Below, piece after piece: positions 1 through 10,393 of a DNA stretch of 64,000 nucleotides. Within the stretch, counting starts at the first letter, position 1; each line of letters begins with the position of its first letter. Position numbers and translations under genes: made by a program. A model generated the notes under the pieces. It saw only the letters and a list, made by a program, of their open reading frames with translations, did not search any database and was not told where the DNA came from. Source of the stretch: an uncultured virus (IMG/VR IMGVR_UViG_2061766007_000727) (Duplodnaviria > Heunggongvirae > Uroviricota > Caudoviricetes); IMG/VR virus record IMGVR_UViG_2061766007_000727. One strand, written 5' to 3'.

Positions 1-412
1 AGAAAGGTTTCCAATTGTGTGAACCAAATGTGGTTTGATTTTATGGAGTTCATACCGTCACAACAACAAGAAGAACATGATTCACAACCGAAGGTCTGTG
101 AGAGAGAGATGGTGAAAGTTTGTGAGAAAACCAAATCACAAGCGCACAAGCAGAGAGCAGAGGTACAAGACGATTACGATGACTACNNNNNNNNNNGTAT
201 ATGAAGCGGACTTGTATCTTTATGTGCTTGACAAAGACAACAAGGCTTTGATTGGACAAAAAATTGTTACTGAATAGAGTTCATAACTACTATATTTTAA
301 ACGTTAAACAATCCAAAAAACAACAACATTGTTTTCCTTGCAGGCGGACACCAAAAAAGAGTTAAAAAGTCCGCTTGTCCGTCTGCAAGTTTTTTATTTA
401 CTTTGAAATGTT

Positions 413-562
413 ATGAGGATAGTGATAACAACGGAGAATGAGAGAGCAGTTTGCACAATCAAGCCGAAGGATATGATTGAGTTTGATGGTTGCACCTTCG
501 CTGACATACTTGACAATCTTGCGGAGGTGGAATCGGATGATGTTATTCCCTGCGTGTCCTAA
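413..562 (+). CDS. small hypothetical protein (49 aa, MRIVITTENERAVC...)
   Basis: Open frame ATG 413 to TAA 562 with AT-rich TTATG start context; below the ORF-track length cutoff. Confidence 0.5.
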   Translation: MRIVITTENERAVCTIKPKDMIEFDGCTFADILDNLAEVESDDVIPCVS

Positions 563-634
563 ACGTTCAACGATTTGTTTTCACATAGTTTTTTCACATT
601 CATAATCTATTTATGGACACGCAGGGATTTTTTT
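547..634 (+). terminator. long-loop intrinsic terminator
   Basis: TCCCTGCGTGTCC (547-559) pairs with GGACACGCAGGGA (615-627), followed by a T run; a similar hairpin lies at 337-395. Confidence 0.55.
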
Positions 635-641
635 GTTTGAA

Positions 642-652
642 TTATATATTAG
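642..652 (+). promoter_or_regulatory. putative phage late promoter TTATATATTAG
   Basis: Same motif precedes the neck, sheath and baseplate genes and the MNLK-leader genes. Confidence 0.65.
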
Positions 653-683
653 ATATAGTTATTAACAATTAAAAGATTGAGTT

Positions 684-1385
684 ATGAATTTGAAACGATT
701 AAATGGTAATAAGTCACGCAGAGTGAGTGATGATTACACATATCCAAGCGAGTGGGATGATGAGTTTAAGTATGATGAGAATAACGGACTTTATCATTAT
801 ACTATGGCTGCGGTTGAATTGAAAGGTGGTTATCGTTCAAAATATAAAACAGGTGGTTATGCCGATACCATTGAAGAATGCACTGAACAAGCCAAAATAG
901 ATGCGGAAGAAATGTATAACAAATGGAAAGATTTTTCCGATTGGATTCAAGGTGTATCAAAAGTTGATGTCGAAATCCGTGATAACGAAAAAAATAGCAT
1001 ATTAAACTATTTTTATTTAACAGAAGATAAAGATGGCAGTATGTATATGAGCAAGGGTTGGGTTAATGATTCTCGCAGAATCAAGGATGGTAGTGAATCT
1101 TTTGCGATTACGTTGAGTTCGCAAGGTGGAACTGCAAAAACCTATTATACCAAAGTAGTGGAAGATTGGTATTCTTCTAATTTGGAAGAATGCAAAATGA
1201 AAGCCTTTGATGAAGCAGTTGAATATTACAATGAGATTGTAGCACAAGGTGAAACTTTGGATTGTGTATGGGCAGAAATATTCTATAACGGAAGTGCTTA
1301 CGAGCAAGATGATAGAGAACTTTGTACTATACAGGTGTATTTAAATGAATACACTAATGAGTTTGAAATGGATGATGATTTTTAA
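684..1385 (+). CDS. MNLK-leader protein with two related acidic domains separated by DSRRIKD (putative internal virion polyprotein)
   Basis: N-terminus MNLKRLNGNKSRRVSD; internal DSRRIKD; the halves share TIEECTEQAKIDAEEMYN / NLEECKMKAFDEAVEYYN. Confidence 0.7.
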   Translation: MNLKRLNGNKSRRVSDDYTYPSEWDDEFKYDENNGLYHYTMAAVELKGGYRSKYKTGGYADTIEECTEQAKIDAEEMYNKWKDFSDWIQGVSKVDVEIRDNEKNSILNYFYLTEDKDGSMYMSKGWVNDSRRIKDGSESFAITLSSQGGTAKTYYTKVVEDWYSSNLEECKMKAFDEAVEYYNEIVAQGETLDCVWAEIFYNGSAYEQDDRELCTIQVYLNEYTNEFEMDDDF

Positions 1386-1407
1386 GATTCTTATTTTCAA
1401 TACTTAA

Positions 1408-1526
1408 AAGCGAACTCTTAAAAAAAGTTCGCTTTTTTTATTATCATCTATTGCACGTAACAAAAAATGTATTACTTTTGCTGACGTGATAATAAACAAA
1501 ACGTTGAACTTTTAAACTTTAAGATT
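1408..1526 (+). promoter_or_regulatory. terminator plus host-type early promoter/leader cassette
   Basis: Hairpin AAGCGAAC/GTTCGCTT+T run, then TTGCACGTAA...TACTTTTG (1473-1480), the Bacteroidota -7 element. Confidence 0.75.
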
Positions 1527-1838
1527 ATGAAAGCACAAGTAACAGAACCGAGAAACAAGATGGGTGTAACAAAGCACTTGTTCAGTGACAGTCACGCAGG
1601 AATCATCACTGCCGTTTACTCTCCTACCAAGATTGAGGTGCATTACTTTAAGTATCCTTCTTGGGGGGAGAACGAGGAGATAGAACCCACCTATGGCAAG
1701 ATTGATGATTCACACGAAGCAGAGATTTGGACACTGCGCAAGAGCGGCACTTGGAGACTGCAAGGCAGACCAGACAAGTGGGGAGAATGTTGGTTGTCCA
1801 TCGGCAAGGCATACTCATATAGGTGTATGGATGATTGA
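1527..1838 (+). CDS. hypothetical early protein
   Basis: ORF directly after the early promoter, followed by a terminator at ~1847-1878. Confidence 0.75.
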   Translation: MKAQVTEPRNKMGVTKHLFSDSHAGIITAVYSPTKIEVHYFKYPSWGENEEIEPTYGKIDDSHEAEIWTLRKSGTWRLQGRPDKWGECWLSIGKAYSYRCMDD

Positions 1839-1925
1839 TTAACAATAGGGGGTTAAAAAATAACCCCTTATTTTTTTTGTTACTTTGTAATACATTTTTG
1901 TTTATATTTGGGGGTTGAAACAAAA

Positions 1926-2504
1926 ATGTTATTACTCAATATGGACAACTTCAAGAAACGCATTTGGCTTGAATACCCTGTACCACAACAATTCTCAATA
2001 TGGGGAGGCGATGGAATACACACCTTACCCCTAAAAGACCTTGACGCACTGATAGAGATGAGCGTGGAGGACGTGGCAACCGACATAGTGGTACGAGCCG
2101 ACACACACGCAACAGGGATGACAACCATTCTGCCAGACGATACGGTCACGGTTATGTACGCAACAATGGACTTCTACTTTCAAGGAAACAGACAGGTCAA
2201 GGTGTCCTACGATTCGTCAACCAAGCAGGCTTTGTTAAGGTACTTCCCTGCGACAATAGTCTATCAGCGCAAGATGCACCTTGAGGATGTACCCAAACTG
2301 CAAGGAGACAGACTGATTTACTTCCGCAGTTACGTTCTTTGGAAGATGGGTGACACCGAACTATCGTATCTCAAGACTATGAATATGAATCTCGACAACG
2401 CTTCGATAGACCTTCAAGTGTTGGAGAACTTCGTTAATACGATAAAGGAGAAACTGAATACGTTGAGAGAATCGATACTGATATACTCACCGACAAACGG
2501 ATAG
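1926..2504 (+). CDS. putative neck / head-tail adaptor protein (T4 gp13-like)
   Basis: Size and C-terminal pattern YFRSYVLWKMG...MNLDNASIDLQVL resemble adaptor proteins; ATG 1926 preferred over the upstream TTG; inference only. Confidence 0.4.
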   Translation: MLLLNMDNFKKRIWLEYPVPQQFSIWGGDGIHTLPLKDLDALIEMSVEDVATDIVVRADTHATGMTTILPDDTVTVMYATMDFYFQGNRQVKVSYDSSTKQALLRYFPATIVYQRKMHLEDVPKLQGDRLIYFRSYVLWKMGDTELSYLKTMNMNLDNASIDLQVLENFVNTIKEKLNTLRESILIYSPTNG

Positions 2505-2526
2505 TCTAACAAAAACACAAACAACA

Positions 2527-3327
2527 ATGATAAAGAGTATAAGGAGAAAGGTTTCCAATTGTGTGAACCAAATGTGGTTTGATTTTATGGAGTTTATACC
2601 GTCACAACAACAAAAAGAACATGATTCACAACCGAAGGTCTGTGAGAGAGATATGGTGGAAGTTTGTGAGAAAACCAAACCACAAGCGCACAAGCAGAGA
2701 GCAGAGGTACAAGACGATTACGATGACTACACCAACATACCGACAGACGAGCGTTTCTACAAGCACCCCATCGACAAGAAACTGCTGAAAGAGATGCTCA
2801 CCGACACGGACTGCAAGTCACCGAATGTGTCAGCCTACATCAAGGAACTCAACAAACTCTGCGATGTCATCTTCAACAAGCACTTCTCAAAGTATTACAC
2901 TATGAAGGAGGACTTGGAAGGAGATGCGATAGTTGCGGTCTATAACAAGAGACAATACTACAACCCAGAGAAGGACGCATACAACTTCCTGTACGCAATA
3001 ATGCGCAACGAGATGACCAACAAGTTGAGCAAACTCAACAGAATATCTCTGATTGACGATTATATGCCGTTTGACAACGCAATAGAGCGCAGAAGTACGG
3101 ATGATATGGAGGACATTCCGCAGAACGTACTCAAATGGAGTGACTATATGGTGGGTGACATAGACTTCAATTGGGTTAGGATACCGAGAAAGGACGTGCT
3201 TGAACTGATGGTGTGGTTGAAGATAAACGAGCGTGGTCAGCACCCCAAGATAACACCATCGTATCTCAAGCCAACAGAGGAGAATATGAACGCATTATAC
3301 AAACTGCTTAAACTGATAGTACAATAA
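2527..3327 (+). CDS. putative phage sigma factor (gp55-like, region 2 only)
   Basis: YYTMKEDLEGDAIVAVYNKRQYYNPEKDAYNFLYAIMRNEM resembles the sigma region-2 pattern (ED..D......Y/F.PEK..AY...I..N). Confidence 0.5.
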   Translation: MIKSIRRKVSNCVNQMWFDFMEFIPSQQQKEHDSQPKVCERDMVEVCEKTKPQAHKQRAEVQDDYDDYTNIPTDERFYKHPIDKKLLKEMLTDTDCKSPNVSAYIKELNKLCDVIFNKHFSKYYTMKEDLEGDAIVAVYNKRQYYNPEKDAYNFLYAIMRNEMTNKLSKLNRISLIDDYMPFDNAIERRSTDDMEDIPQNVLKWSDYMVGDIDFNWVRIPRKDVLELMVWLKINERGQHPKITPSYLKPTEENMNALYKLLKLIVQ

Positions 3328-3687
3328 TGGACAACAACGAGAACAATAACGNNNNNNNNNNTTGCTATATCTTTAGGAGTGAGAACATAGACTTGTACAA
3401 GTTGATAATGGTGAGCAGCAAGTGTGCGCAGATGGAGATAACGCAAGGAGAGGAGTTGAATATGCCTGCGGACTACAAGCAGACGATAAACGAGAAACAG
3501 ACATTGGATTACGTTAGAAAGATATTGCTATGGCAGAGATAAAATACATAATGTCCGCAATACCGTATATGGGTAATANNNNNNNNNNGATTTGGAACAG
3601 ATGCCGCAGAAACCCTGTCGAAGAAGTTGAGAAGGGGTTNNNNNNNNNNAATTTGGAACAGATGCCGCAGAAACCCTGTCGAAGAAG

Positions 3688-4140
3688 TTGAGAAGGGGTT
3701 GGGCAACCAAAGAGGAACGAGGATTGGTTTTGAAGACCATCAACACACAACTTGCAATGGAGTTGGTTAACGCACTCGATAATGTGAGAGAGTACACGGA
3801 TAGGATGAAGGCTGCGAAGAAGAAGGTTGCAGACAAGTTCTACAGAAAGTTGGATGAGGCACTTGAGTGCGACACGCTTGATGTGCAGGACTTGTTCGAT
3901 ATGCTTACAAGTATGAACGATTCCGAGATAAAGATGGTTGAGTTGTACCGAAAGGTTCTTCAAGGCGGAAACCGAATGTTGTTCGATGACGATTGTATGA
4001 GCGAGAACGACAAGGTGATACAGAAACTCATTCAGTCGCTTGGCACGGAGGAGAAGAAACAAGAGTTCCTTGAGATTGTCAAGAAGTATATGAGAGACAA
4101 CAAGATGATGAACGTAGAGGATGCGAAAGAAGTTGAGTAA
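3688..4140 (+). CDS. helical hypothetical protein, 5' end lost in N gaps (possible small terminase-like)
   Basis: Open frame running out of the gap region; all-helical charged sequence; function is a guess. Confidence 0.4.
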   Translation: MRRGWATKEERGLVLKTINTQLAMELVNALDNVREYTDRMKAAKKKVADKFYRKLDEALECDTLDVQDLFDMLTSMNDSEIKMVELYRKVLQGGNRMLFDDDCMSENDKVIQKLIQSLGTEEKKQEFLEIVKKYMRDNKMMNVEDAKEVE

Positions 4141-4412
4141 CAACAATTTGATTAGTTGATAACTTTTTTCATATTAGTTTGTAACAATAAACAAATTATT
4201 CCGTATATTTGTAACGTTTAACAATTAAAACGTTATGAGATATGAAACGGACACACGATGATTTCATCAACATTATTCTAAAGCCTGCGTTCTATATCAC
4301 GGACGAGGAGTTGAAGTGGGTTTTGAAACGCAAGGAATCGAAACCATTCCACAACGTGCTTAAAGGTGAGTTGAAGAAACGAGAGGAGAGAAATTTAGCG
4401 TTTGCTTGATTT

Positions 4413-4886
4413 ATGGAAGTAAGGATTAAAAGAGTTAGTGAGAGTGCCGTACTGCCGCAGAAGGCGCACAAGACGGACGCTTGTTTTGATTTGGTAGCCA
4501 CATCAATAGAGATTGATGAGTGGGGAAACTATGTTTATGGTTTTGGTTGGGCGTTTGAGATACCAGAGAACCACGTTGGATTATTGTTTCCACGTTCATC
4601 GTTAAGCAAGTATGACTTGATAATGAAGGGACACGTAGGGGTAATCGACAGTGGCTTTAGGGGGGAAGTGAAAGCGAAGTTCCGACCGCATACGGAGAAA
4701 CCTGTAAGAAGCAGTGTCGAAGGGTACGTTGAGACCTGTTTCCCAAACGATGTGGAGAAATACAAGATAGGTGACAAGGTGGCGCAACTGATGATTATAC
4801 CACTGCCACAGATTGAGTTCGTGGTATCCGATGAGTTATCCGAGACAGAGCGTGGAGAAGGCGGTTACGGCAGTAGCGGTCGATAA
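4413..4886 (+). CDS. dut: trimeric dUTPase
   Basis: Motifs ACFDL, PRSSL, GVIDSGFRGEVK, GDKVAQL, RGEGGYGSSG. Confidence 0.97.
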   Translation: MEVRIKRVSESAVLPQKAHKTDACFDLVATSIEIDEWGNYVYGFGWAFEIPENHVGLLFPRSSLSKYDLIMKGHVGVIDSGFRGEVKAKFRPHTEKPVRSSVEGYVETCFPNDVEKYKIGDKVAQLMIIPLPQIEFVVSDELSETERGEGGYGSSGR

Positions 4887-4897
4887 AACAAGACACA

Positions 4898-5497
4898 ATG
4901 AAGAAGAAAAACCAAACAACAATTCCAAAATATTCCGACAATCTAATGAAACTTCTTCCAAATTTTGTTACAATATCCGACTTGCCCAAGTATAAGGACT
5001 TGGATACGGTGTCGGTACAATCCTTGAAGGATAAGGGTTTGGAAGGTTATCTGAACAAGACCGTGTTCAAGCAACAACAATATGAACTACCAAAGAGTGA
5101 GAATAGCAGGGAAAGAGAGTTGGTTAAGTTCAATTATGTAAGGTCTTACGGAGATGAGACACAATTGTACACTTTGGAAGGTATGGAAGGTTGGACTGTC
5201 AAGGAGTTCACGGAATGGATTCTGCAACAGAACAAATGGCACGGGCATATTGAGATATGGAGTGATGAGCCATTTGAGGGCAGACCAGACTACATCAAGT
5301 TTCAAATACTATATGATTACGATAAGGACAAGTTGGTGGACATTAAGGATTACATAGACAAAAACCTTATCGCATTGGATTCGGACAAGTATTCATATAG
5401 AACGATTAAAAGTGTTTCCGCACACGTAAGTTGGAGTGATGAGAGACATATCCAAATATGGCTTGAGCCTACAAACAACTACGAGTTCAGTTTTTAG
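4898..5497 (+). CDS. hypothetical protein; C-terminal domain paralogous to the N-terminus of 35049
   Basis: GDETQ...TVKEF...IKSVSAHVSWS vs SDETQ...TFGEF...VKVQASGGWS. Confidence 0.75.
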   Translation: MKKKNQTTIPKYSDNLMKLLPNFVTISDLPKYKDLDTVSVQSLKDKGLEGYLNKTVFKQQQYELPKSENSRERELVKFNYVRSYGDETQLYTLEGMEGWTVKEFTEWILQQNKWHGHIEIWSDEPFEGRPDYIKFQILYDYDKDKLVDIKDYIDKNLIALDSDKYSYRTIKSVSAHVSWSDERHIQIWLEPTNNYEFSF

Positions 5498-5502
5498 AAG
5501 TT

Positions 5503-7050
5503 ATGTTTAATCAGATATATCTTAAAGATGATATTAATCTGTTCGACAATCAGAAACGCAACATCAAGCGTTTGGTGTCGATGAACAGAGCGTTGCTGAC
5601 CGACAGGGTTGGCAGTGGCAAAACGCTTTCGGTGCTTTATTCCTTCGCATACAGGAAGGAGAAGGGACTGAACGATGTACTGCTTGTGTTCACACCGCTC
5701 AACGCATACGAGAAGAAGGTATGGGCGAAGGATGTGGAGAAATTCACAACACTTGAATCAATACCGTTGGAAGGAGTGTACGAGATGATTGACAATGGCG
5801 CAGCGTTGGAGAGCATACTCAAGGAGTATTCGGTTGTTTACTGCAAGCATACACAAGTCAAGGGACTATCCGAACTGATACGCACCATCTGCAACAGAGA
5901 GAAGACACTGCTTGCGATAGACGAGGTACACGCATTCAAGAATCCGAAGTCCAACCTGTCCAAAGCGTTGGAGTTCTGTATGACGAACTGCAAGTGCGTG
6001 TGGGGTATAACAGGCACTACGTTGAGCCGTTCATTAGAAGACACGTATAACATAATCAACGTGGTTTCCAAATGGTATCTTGGGGGATTTCTCAACTTCC
6101 GTTCCACTTACTGCAAGACGAAGACAAAGATAGTGGGTAGGGATAACTACGGAAACATTAAAAAGGTTGAAGAAATAATCGGAATCAAGAATCCGCAGGC
6201 GTTCCGAGAGAAGATAGAACCGCTTGTTATCAGTGGTGAATCGTTCTTGAACGTTAACTTTCATTATGTGGACTACAACCTGTCGGAAAGGGAACAGACC
6301 ATCTACACGAAGATTGCTAACGGAATAACCGATGACAACGAGAGTGATGAGAGTTGGTTGAGCGATGTGTTGGGAAGTGATAGTGTCAAGTCCAAACCGA
6401 TACGGCACATCAAGGACATCAACGCACATAGTTCAAGGTTCATATACTTACAGAGTGCCGCAGACGGAGTTCTTACGGAGGACGGAACGCAGGACGGAAT
6501 GTACGGAACGAAGATGGATTCGCTTGTGAGCCTAATTAAAGGCATTGTAGCGAAGAAACAATCAACGATAGTATATTTCGACTACCTATGCAGTTTGGAT
6601 GTCGCAGAAGCGAGAATAAAGGCATTAGGAATGAATGTAACCATACTGCGCAGCACGGGAAGTGATGTGATAAAGGATGGAGTGGTTACGGAGGATGGTG
6701 CGAAGGAGAAACCATACGTGATTCTTGGTACAAGGGCGAGTTCGGAGAGTGTTTCGTATTACTTTATAAACAACGTGGTGTTCTTTCACATTCCGACAGT
6801 GCCGCATATCTTTGTTCAGTTGGTGGGAAGGATAACGAGGAAGAACACGTTGTACCCAGACGATTTGAACTGCTACATATTCAGAAGTGAGAACATAGAC
6901 TTGTACAAGTTGATTATGGTGAGTAGCAAGTGTGCGCAGATGGAGATAACGCAGGGGAATGAGTGGAATGTACCTGCGGACTACAAGCAGACGATAAACG
7001 AGAAACAGACGTTGGATTACGTTAGAAAGATATTGTTATGGCAGAGATAA
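5503..7050 (+). CDS. SF2 (SNF2-like) helicase/ATPase
   Basis: Walker A DRVGSGKT, DEVH box, TGT motif III, QLVGRITR motif VI. Confidence 0.9.
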   Translation: MFNQIYLKDDINLFDNQKRNIKRLVSMNRALLTDRVGSGKTLSVLYSFAYRKEKGLNDVLLVFTPLNAYEKKVWAKDVEKFTTLESIPLEGVYEMIDNGAALESILKEYSVVYCKHTQVKGLSELIRTICNREKTLLAIDEVHAFKNPKSNLSKALEFCMTNCKCVWGITGTTLSRSLEDTYNIINVVSKWYLGGFLNFRSTYCKTKTKIVGRDNYGNIKKVEEIIGIKNPQAFREKIEPLVISGESFLNVNFHYVDYNLSEREQTIYTKIANGITDDNESDESWLSDVLGSDSVKSKPIRHIKDINAHSSRFIYLQSAADGVLTEDGTQDGMYGTKMDSLVSLIKGIVAKKQSTIVYFDYLCSLDVAEARIKALGMNVTILRSTGSDVIKDGVVTEDGAKEKPYVILGTRASSESVSYYFINNVVFFHIPTVPHIFVQLVGRITRKNTLYPDDLNCYIFRSENIDLYKLIMVSSKCAQMEITQGNEWNVPADYKQTINEKQTLDYVRKILLWQR

Positions 7051-7943
7051 AATACATAATGTCCGCAATACCGTATATGGGTAATAAGTACAAGTTACTC
7101 AAACATCTTGTACCCTTGTTTCCAAAACAATGTAACACCTTTTATGATTTATTTGGTGGAAGTGGTTGTGTATCAATAAATTATAGGGGGGGGTATAACG
7201 TTATATACAATGAGTTCAATGAGAATATAGTTAAGTTGCAGCAGATGATAAAGTCAGAAAACATAGAGCAACTTGATTCATATTACAAGGATATTATTAA
7301 GCGATATGATTTGCGCACACAATCCAACAAGAAGGATTCTAAAAAGAATGAGCAGGGTTATTTGAAACTGCGTGATGAATACAACAAATCAACTGACAGA
7401 GACATTCGTATTCTTTATTTGCTTATATGTTATTCGATAAACCATTTGATACGATTCAACACTAATTCCGAGTTCAATGTTTCAAATGGTAATGATGCTT
7501 ACAATGATATAGTTAAGAATCGTTTGGTTAACCATCACAATTCGTTGCAGGACACAACTATTTGGAATAAGAATGTGTTTGATATTGATTATAGTTTGAT
7601 AACACAAGATGATTTTGTTTATCTTGACCCACCTTATTCAAACACACAAGCGGTTTACAACGAGAAACGAGCGTTTGGTGGTTGGACTGTGGAATCCGAT
7701 TACAAACTGTTTGATATTATTGATTCACTCAATAAGAGAAACGTTAGGTTCGGAATGTCGAATGTGTTTACTTGCAGAGGAAAACAAAACAACCATTTGA
7801 TTGAATGGTGTGGTGATAATGGTTATAAGGTTTACCATTTCAACAGGAACTACAATCCGTTCTCAAGGGGTAATTCCGACAATGATGAGGTTTATATAAC
7901 GAATTACCAAACAAAACAACCACAACAACTATCCTTGTTCTGA
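7038..7943 (+). CDS. dam: DNA adenine methyltransferase (Dam/D12 class)
   Basis: PYMGNK, DLFGGSG SAM-binding motif and YLDPPY catalytic motif; contains an in-frame G8 tract at 7186-7193. Confidence 0.93.
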   Translation: MAEIKYIMSAIPYMGNKYKLLKHLVPLFPKQCNTFYDLFGGSGCVSINYRGGYNVIYNEFNENIVKLQQMIKSENIEQLDSYYKDIIKRYDLRTQSNKKDSKKNEQGYLKLRDEYNKSTDRDIRILYLLICYSINHLIRFNTNSEFNVSNGNDAYNDIVKNRLVNHHNSLQDTTIWNKNVFDIDYSLITQDDFVYLDPPYSNTQAVYNEKRAFGGWTVESDYKLFDIIDSLNKRNVRFGMSNVFTCRGKQNNHLIEWCGDNGYKVYHFNRNYNPFSRGNSDNDEVYITNYQTKQPQQLSLF

Positions 7944-7944
7944 A

Positions 7945-7955
7945 TTATATATTAG
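7945..7955 (+). promoter_or_regulatory. putative late promoter TTATATATTAG
   Basis: Exact motif copy upstream of MNLR-leader gene 7992. Confidence 0.65.
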
Positions 7956-7991
7956 AGTATATTGAAGTTTAACAATTAAAGATATTGAGTT

Positions 7992-8663
7992 ATGAATTTA
8001 AGAAACAGAATGAATAGGAATAAGGTTCAAGATTATTCTTATAGAAGTGCGGCAAGGTATAACAAAAGAAACGATGAGATTTTTGCAAGTTATGAGAAAT
8101 ACATTCAAAAAGAAATGGAATGGTTAAGGCGGCAAGGGGTTTCGGAAGATGAGATTCAAAACGCATACAGACACACAGGTCTGGGTGGCAGTGGTATAGC
8201 AAAACTCATTCAGCAAGTCGCACTTGAGAATGGTGATAACAGAGAACTTTCGGAAATATTGGGAGAAGCACATTCAATTTCCGATTCTCGCAGAATAAAG
8301 GATGGTGTAGGTACAAACGCTATGAACTTGAATGGGTATAAGGTTTATATAAAGGATATGGATACTTATACCAATAAAATCAGTGATGAAGAATTACAAT
8401 CTTTGTTTGATTTTCCTTCTTCAAAAGAATTTCAGTTAAAAGATTTTTTAAATGGAGTTGCTGATGTTGCTGAAAGTTTGGGTGATTTAATTGTACTTAA
8501 ATACTCACGAACAACAAATTGGTATTTTATTGAATTAGATAGCAAATCTATGGATGCAACAATATCATTTACAGTAGAAAAGATTGAAAGTTCACCTAAC
8601 TTTCTTTATGATATTGAAGAATATTTTAATGATAAATCTGTTAAAGTTATTATTGATAAATAA
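7992..8663 (+). CDS. MNL-leader protein with internal DSRRIKD (putative internal virion polyprotein)
   Basis: MNLRNRMNRNKVQD leader; ISDSRRIKDG between two unrelated domains. Confidence 0.7.
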   Translation: MNLRNRMNRNKVQDYSYRSAARYNKRNDEIFASYEKYIQKEMEWLRRQGVSEDEIQNAYRHTGLGGSGIAKLIQQVALENGDNRELSEILGEAHSISDSRRIKDGVGTNAMNLNGYKVYIKDMDTYTNKISDEELQSLFDFPSSKEFQLKDFLNGVADVAESLGDLIVLKYSRTTNWYFIELDSKSMDATISFTVEKIESSPNFLYDIEEYFNDKSVKVIIDK

Positions 8664-8689
8664 ATAATATCTTGCAAATCAATACCAAA

Positions 8690-8811
8690 GATGCAGATTC
8701 AAAAAAAATCTGCATTTTTTTTGCTCAAAGTGTTGCACGTAATAAAAATTCTATTACTTTTGCCAATGTGATAAACAAAACAAAACGTTGAACTTTTAAA
8801 ATTTAGAGATT
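8690..8811 (+). promoter_or_regulatory. terminator plus host-type early promoter/leader cassette
   Basis: ATGCAGATT/AATCTGCAT+T run; TTGCACGTAA...TACTTTTG (8755-8762); leader near-identical to 1451-1526. Confidence 0.75.
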
Positions 8812-10006
8812 ATGAAAATCAAGATGCAGTTTGAGGTAAAGGTCTATAACGACTATAAGATGCAAGATTGGCACTATGAGGTCAAGGAGATAGTACACGA
8901 ATGCGACCCTAACAAGAGTAGCCGTGACAACTTGTCCGATGCCTTTGAGGAAGCGGAGAGGAACGGACACGATTATCGCAGAACAACACGTTGGTCTTAC
9001 ATTAACGAATAAATACTACTATGGACAACAACTTACAAGAGGCACTGAACGCAGTGCAGAAACTAAAGGGTATGAGCGCATCGCAGTACAGACGTGAGGC
9101 GCACCACAACTATCAGTCTTACGGCAGGTTTGAGGACATCCTTCATCAGTACCAATACGATGCCGAAGCGGATTACATCCATTCCTTCTATATGGAAGGA
9201 TACCATTGGGAGGAATATGATTGTGATTGTTTGTAACTAACATTTTAAAAACATACAATTATGCAATATCGAATATCATTTACAATAGATTCGTCTATAA
9301 CAGATTTATCTGCAACTAATCTCAAAAAGATTAGAGATGCCGTAAAGTATTTGAATATAGATGTTGAAGATGAGATAATTGGTTTTCCAAGATATATCAA
9401 AATAAAAGAATTTAAAGTACGTAAGGCACGTTATTCACTTAAAAANNNNNNNNNNAGAATATGATTGTGATTGTTTGTAACATTTCAGAATAAACACATA
9501 CAATTATGCAATATCGAATATCATTTACAATAGATTCGTCTATAACAGATTTATCCGCAACCAATCTCAAAAAGATTAGAGATGCCATAAAGAATTTGGA
9601 TATAGATGTTGAAGATGAGATAATTGGTTTTCCAAGATACATCAAAATAAAAGAATTTAAAGTACGTAAGGCACGTTATTCACTTAAAAAATAAATTACA
9701 ATCATGAAAGCATCACAGATGTTCAACGCACTGCCGTTAGGTGTGAAGTACAAGTGTCTTGTGAAGGACTACTCAAGGCTCAACGCATACACCACCGAAC
9801 TTGAGAAGAAACTCAAGTCATCCAAAAGTACACACGAGGAGATACGCAACGCATTACAAGGCTTGTCCAATCGAGGACACAAACGTGCGTTTATATACGT
9901 TGAGTTCCTTAAATACCTAATTGAGAACAACTACATAACGATAAACACCAACGACACACCGACACAACTTGGAATTAAGTTTGAGTTGATGCACGGAGTT
10001 AAATAA
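8812..10006 (+). CDS. cluster of small hypothetical early genes (8812-9012, 9021-9236, 9506-9694 [allelic copy at 9261], 9704-10006)
   Basis: Closely spaced + strand ORFs after the early promoter. Confidence 0.65.
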
Positions 10007-10017
10007 CTTTACGAACT

Positions 10018-10383
10018 ATGAGAACAGAACAACAACAATTACTAATAAAAGACCTTTGCAGCCGCTTGCCGTATGGTGTGCGTGTTGCAAAAGGTAATAT
10101 AATATATCCGATGACAGGAGTAAACATTGCATTAGGATACGTGGAATTAGCAGTATCTGAAAGAATTTCAATCGAAGATGCAAGACCATATCTCCGCCCA
10201 ATGTCAAGTATGACGGAGGAAGAAATAAAAGAATGGGATAACATTTGTGTAATGATGCGTAATATGCCTATTGAATCAATACCAATGATAGAAAGGTTTG
10301 TTAATAGTAAACATTTGGATTATTATAATCTTATTCCCAAAGGTTTTGCAATTGAAGCACCAGAAGATATGTATAACTTTTAA
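10018..10383 (+). CDS. conserved Bacteroidota-phage hypothetical protein (KDLCxRLPYGV...PYLRPMS family), paralog 1
   Basis: Paralogous to 35614 and 37526. Confidence 0.8.
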   Translation: MRTEQQQLLIKDLCSRLPYGVRVAKGNIIYPMTGVNIALGYVELAVSERISIEDARPYLRPMSSMTEEEIKEWDNICVMMRNMPIESIPMIERFVNSKHLDYYNLIPKGFAIEAPEDMYNF

Positions 10384-10393
10384 ACTTTAAAAT

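Noticed and set aside
1..186. Near-identical copy of 2545-2730 (possible DGR template/variable repeat or gene duplication)
   Set aside because: It ends at an N gap, the differences are mixed (C/T, G/A, G/T, A/G, T/C) rather than adenine-specific, and no reverse transcriptase is present; best explained as a strain-variant bubble placed by the scaffolder
3352..3700. Copies of the helicase 3' end/dam start (6871-7087) and a 50-bp tandem repeat; chimeric ORF 3327-3542
   Set aside because: Each copy is bounded by 10-N gaps; assembly artefact
9216..9694. Tandem duplicate gene MQYRISF...
   Set aside because: The copies are separated by an N gap and differ by a few SNPs; allelic variants, not a proven duplication
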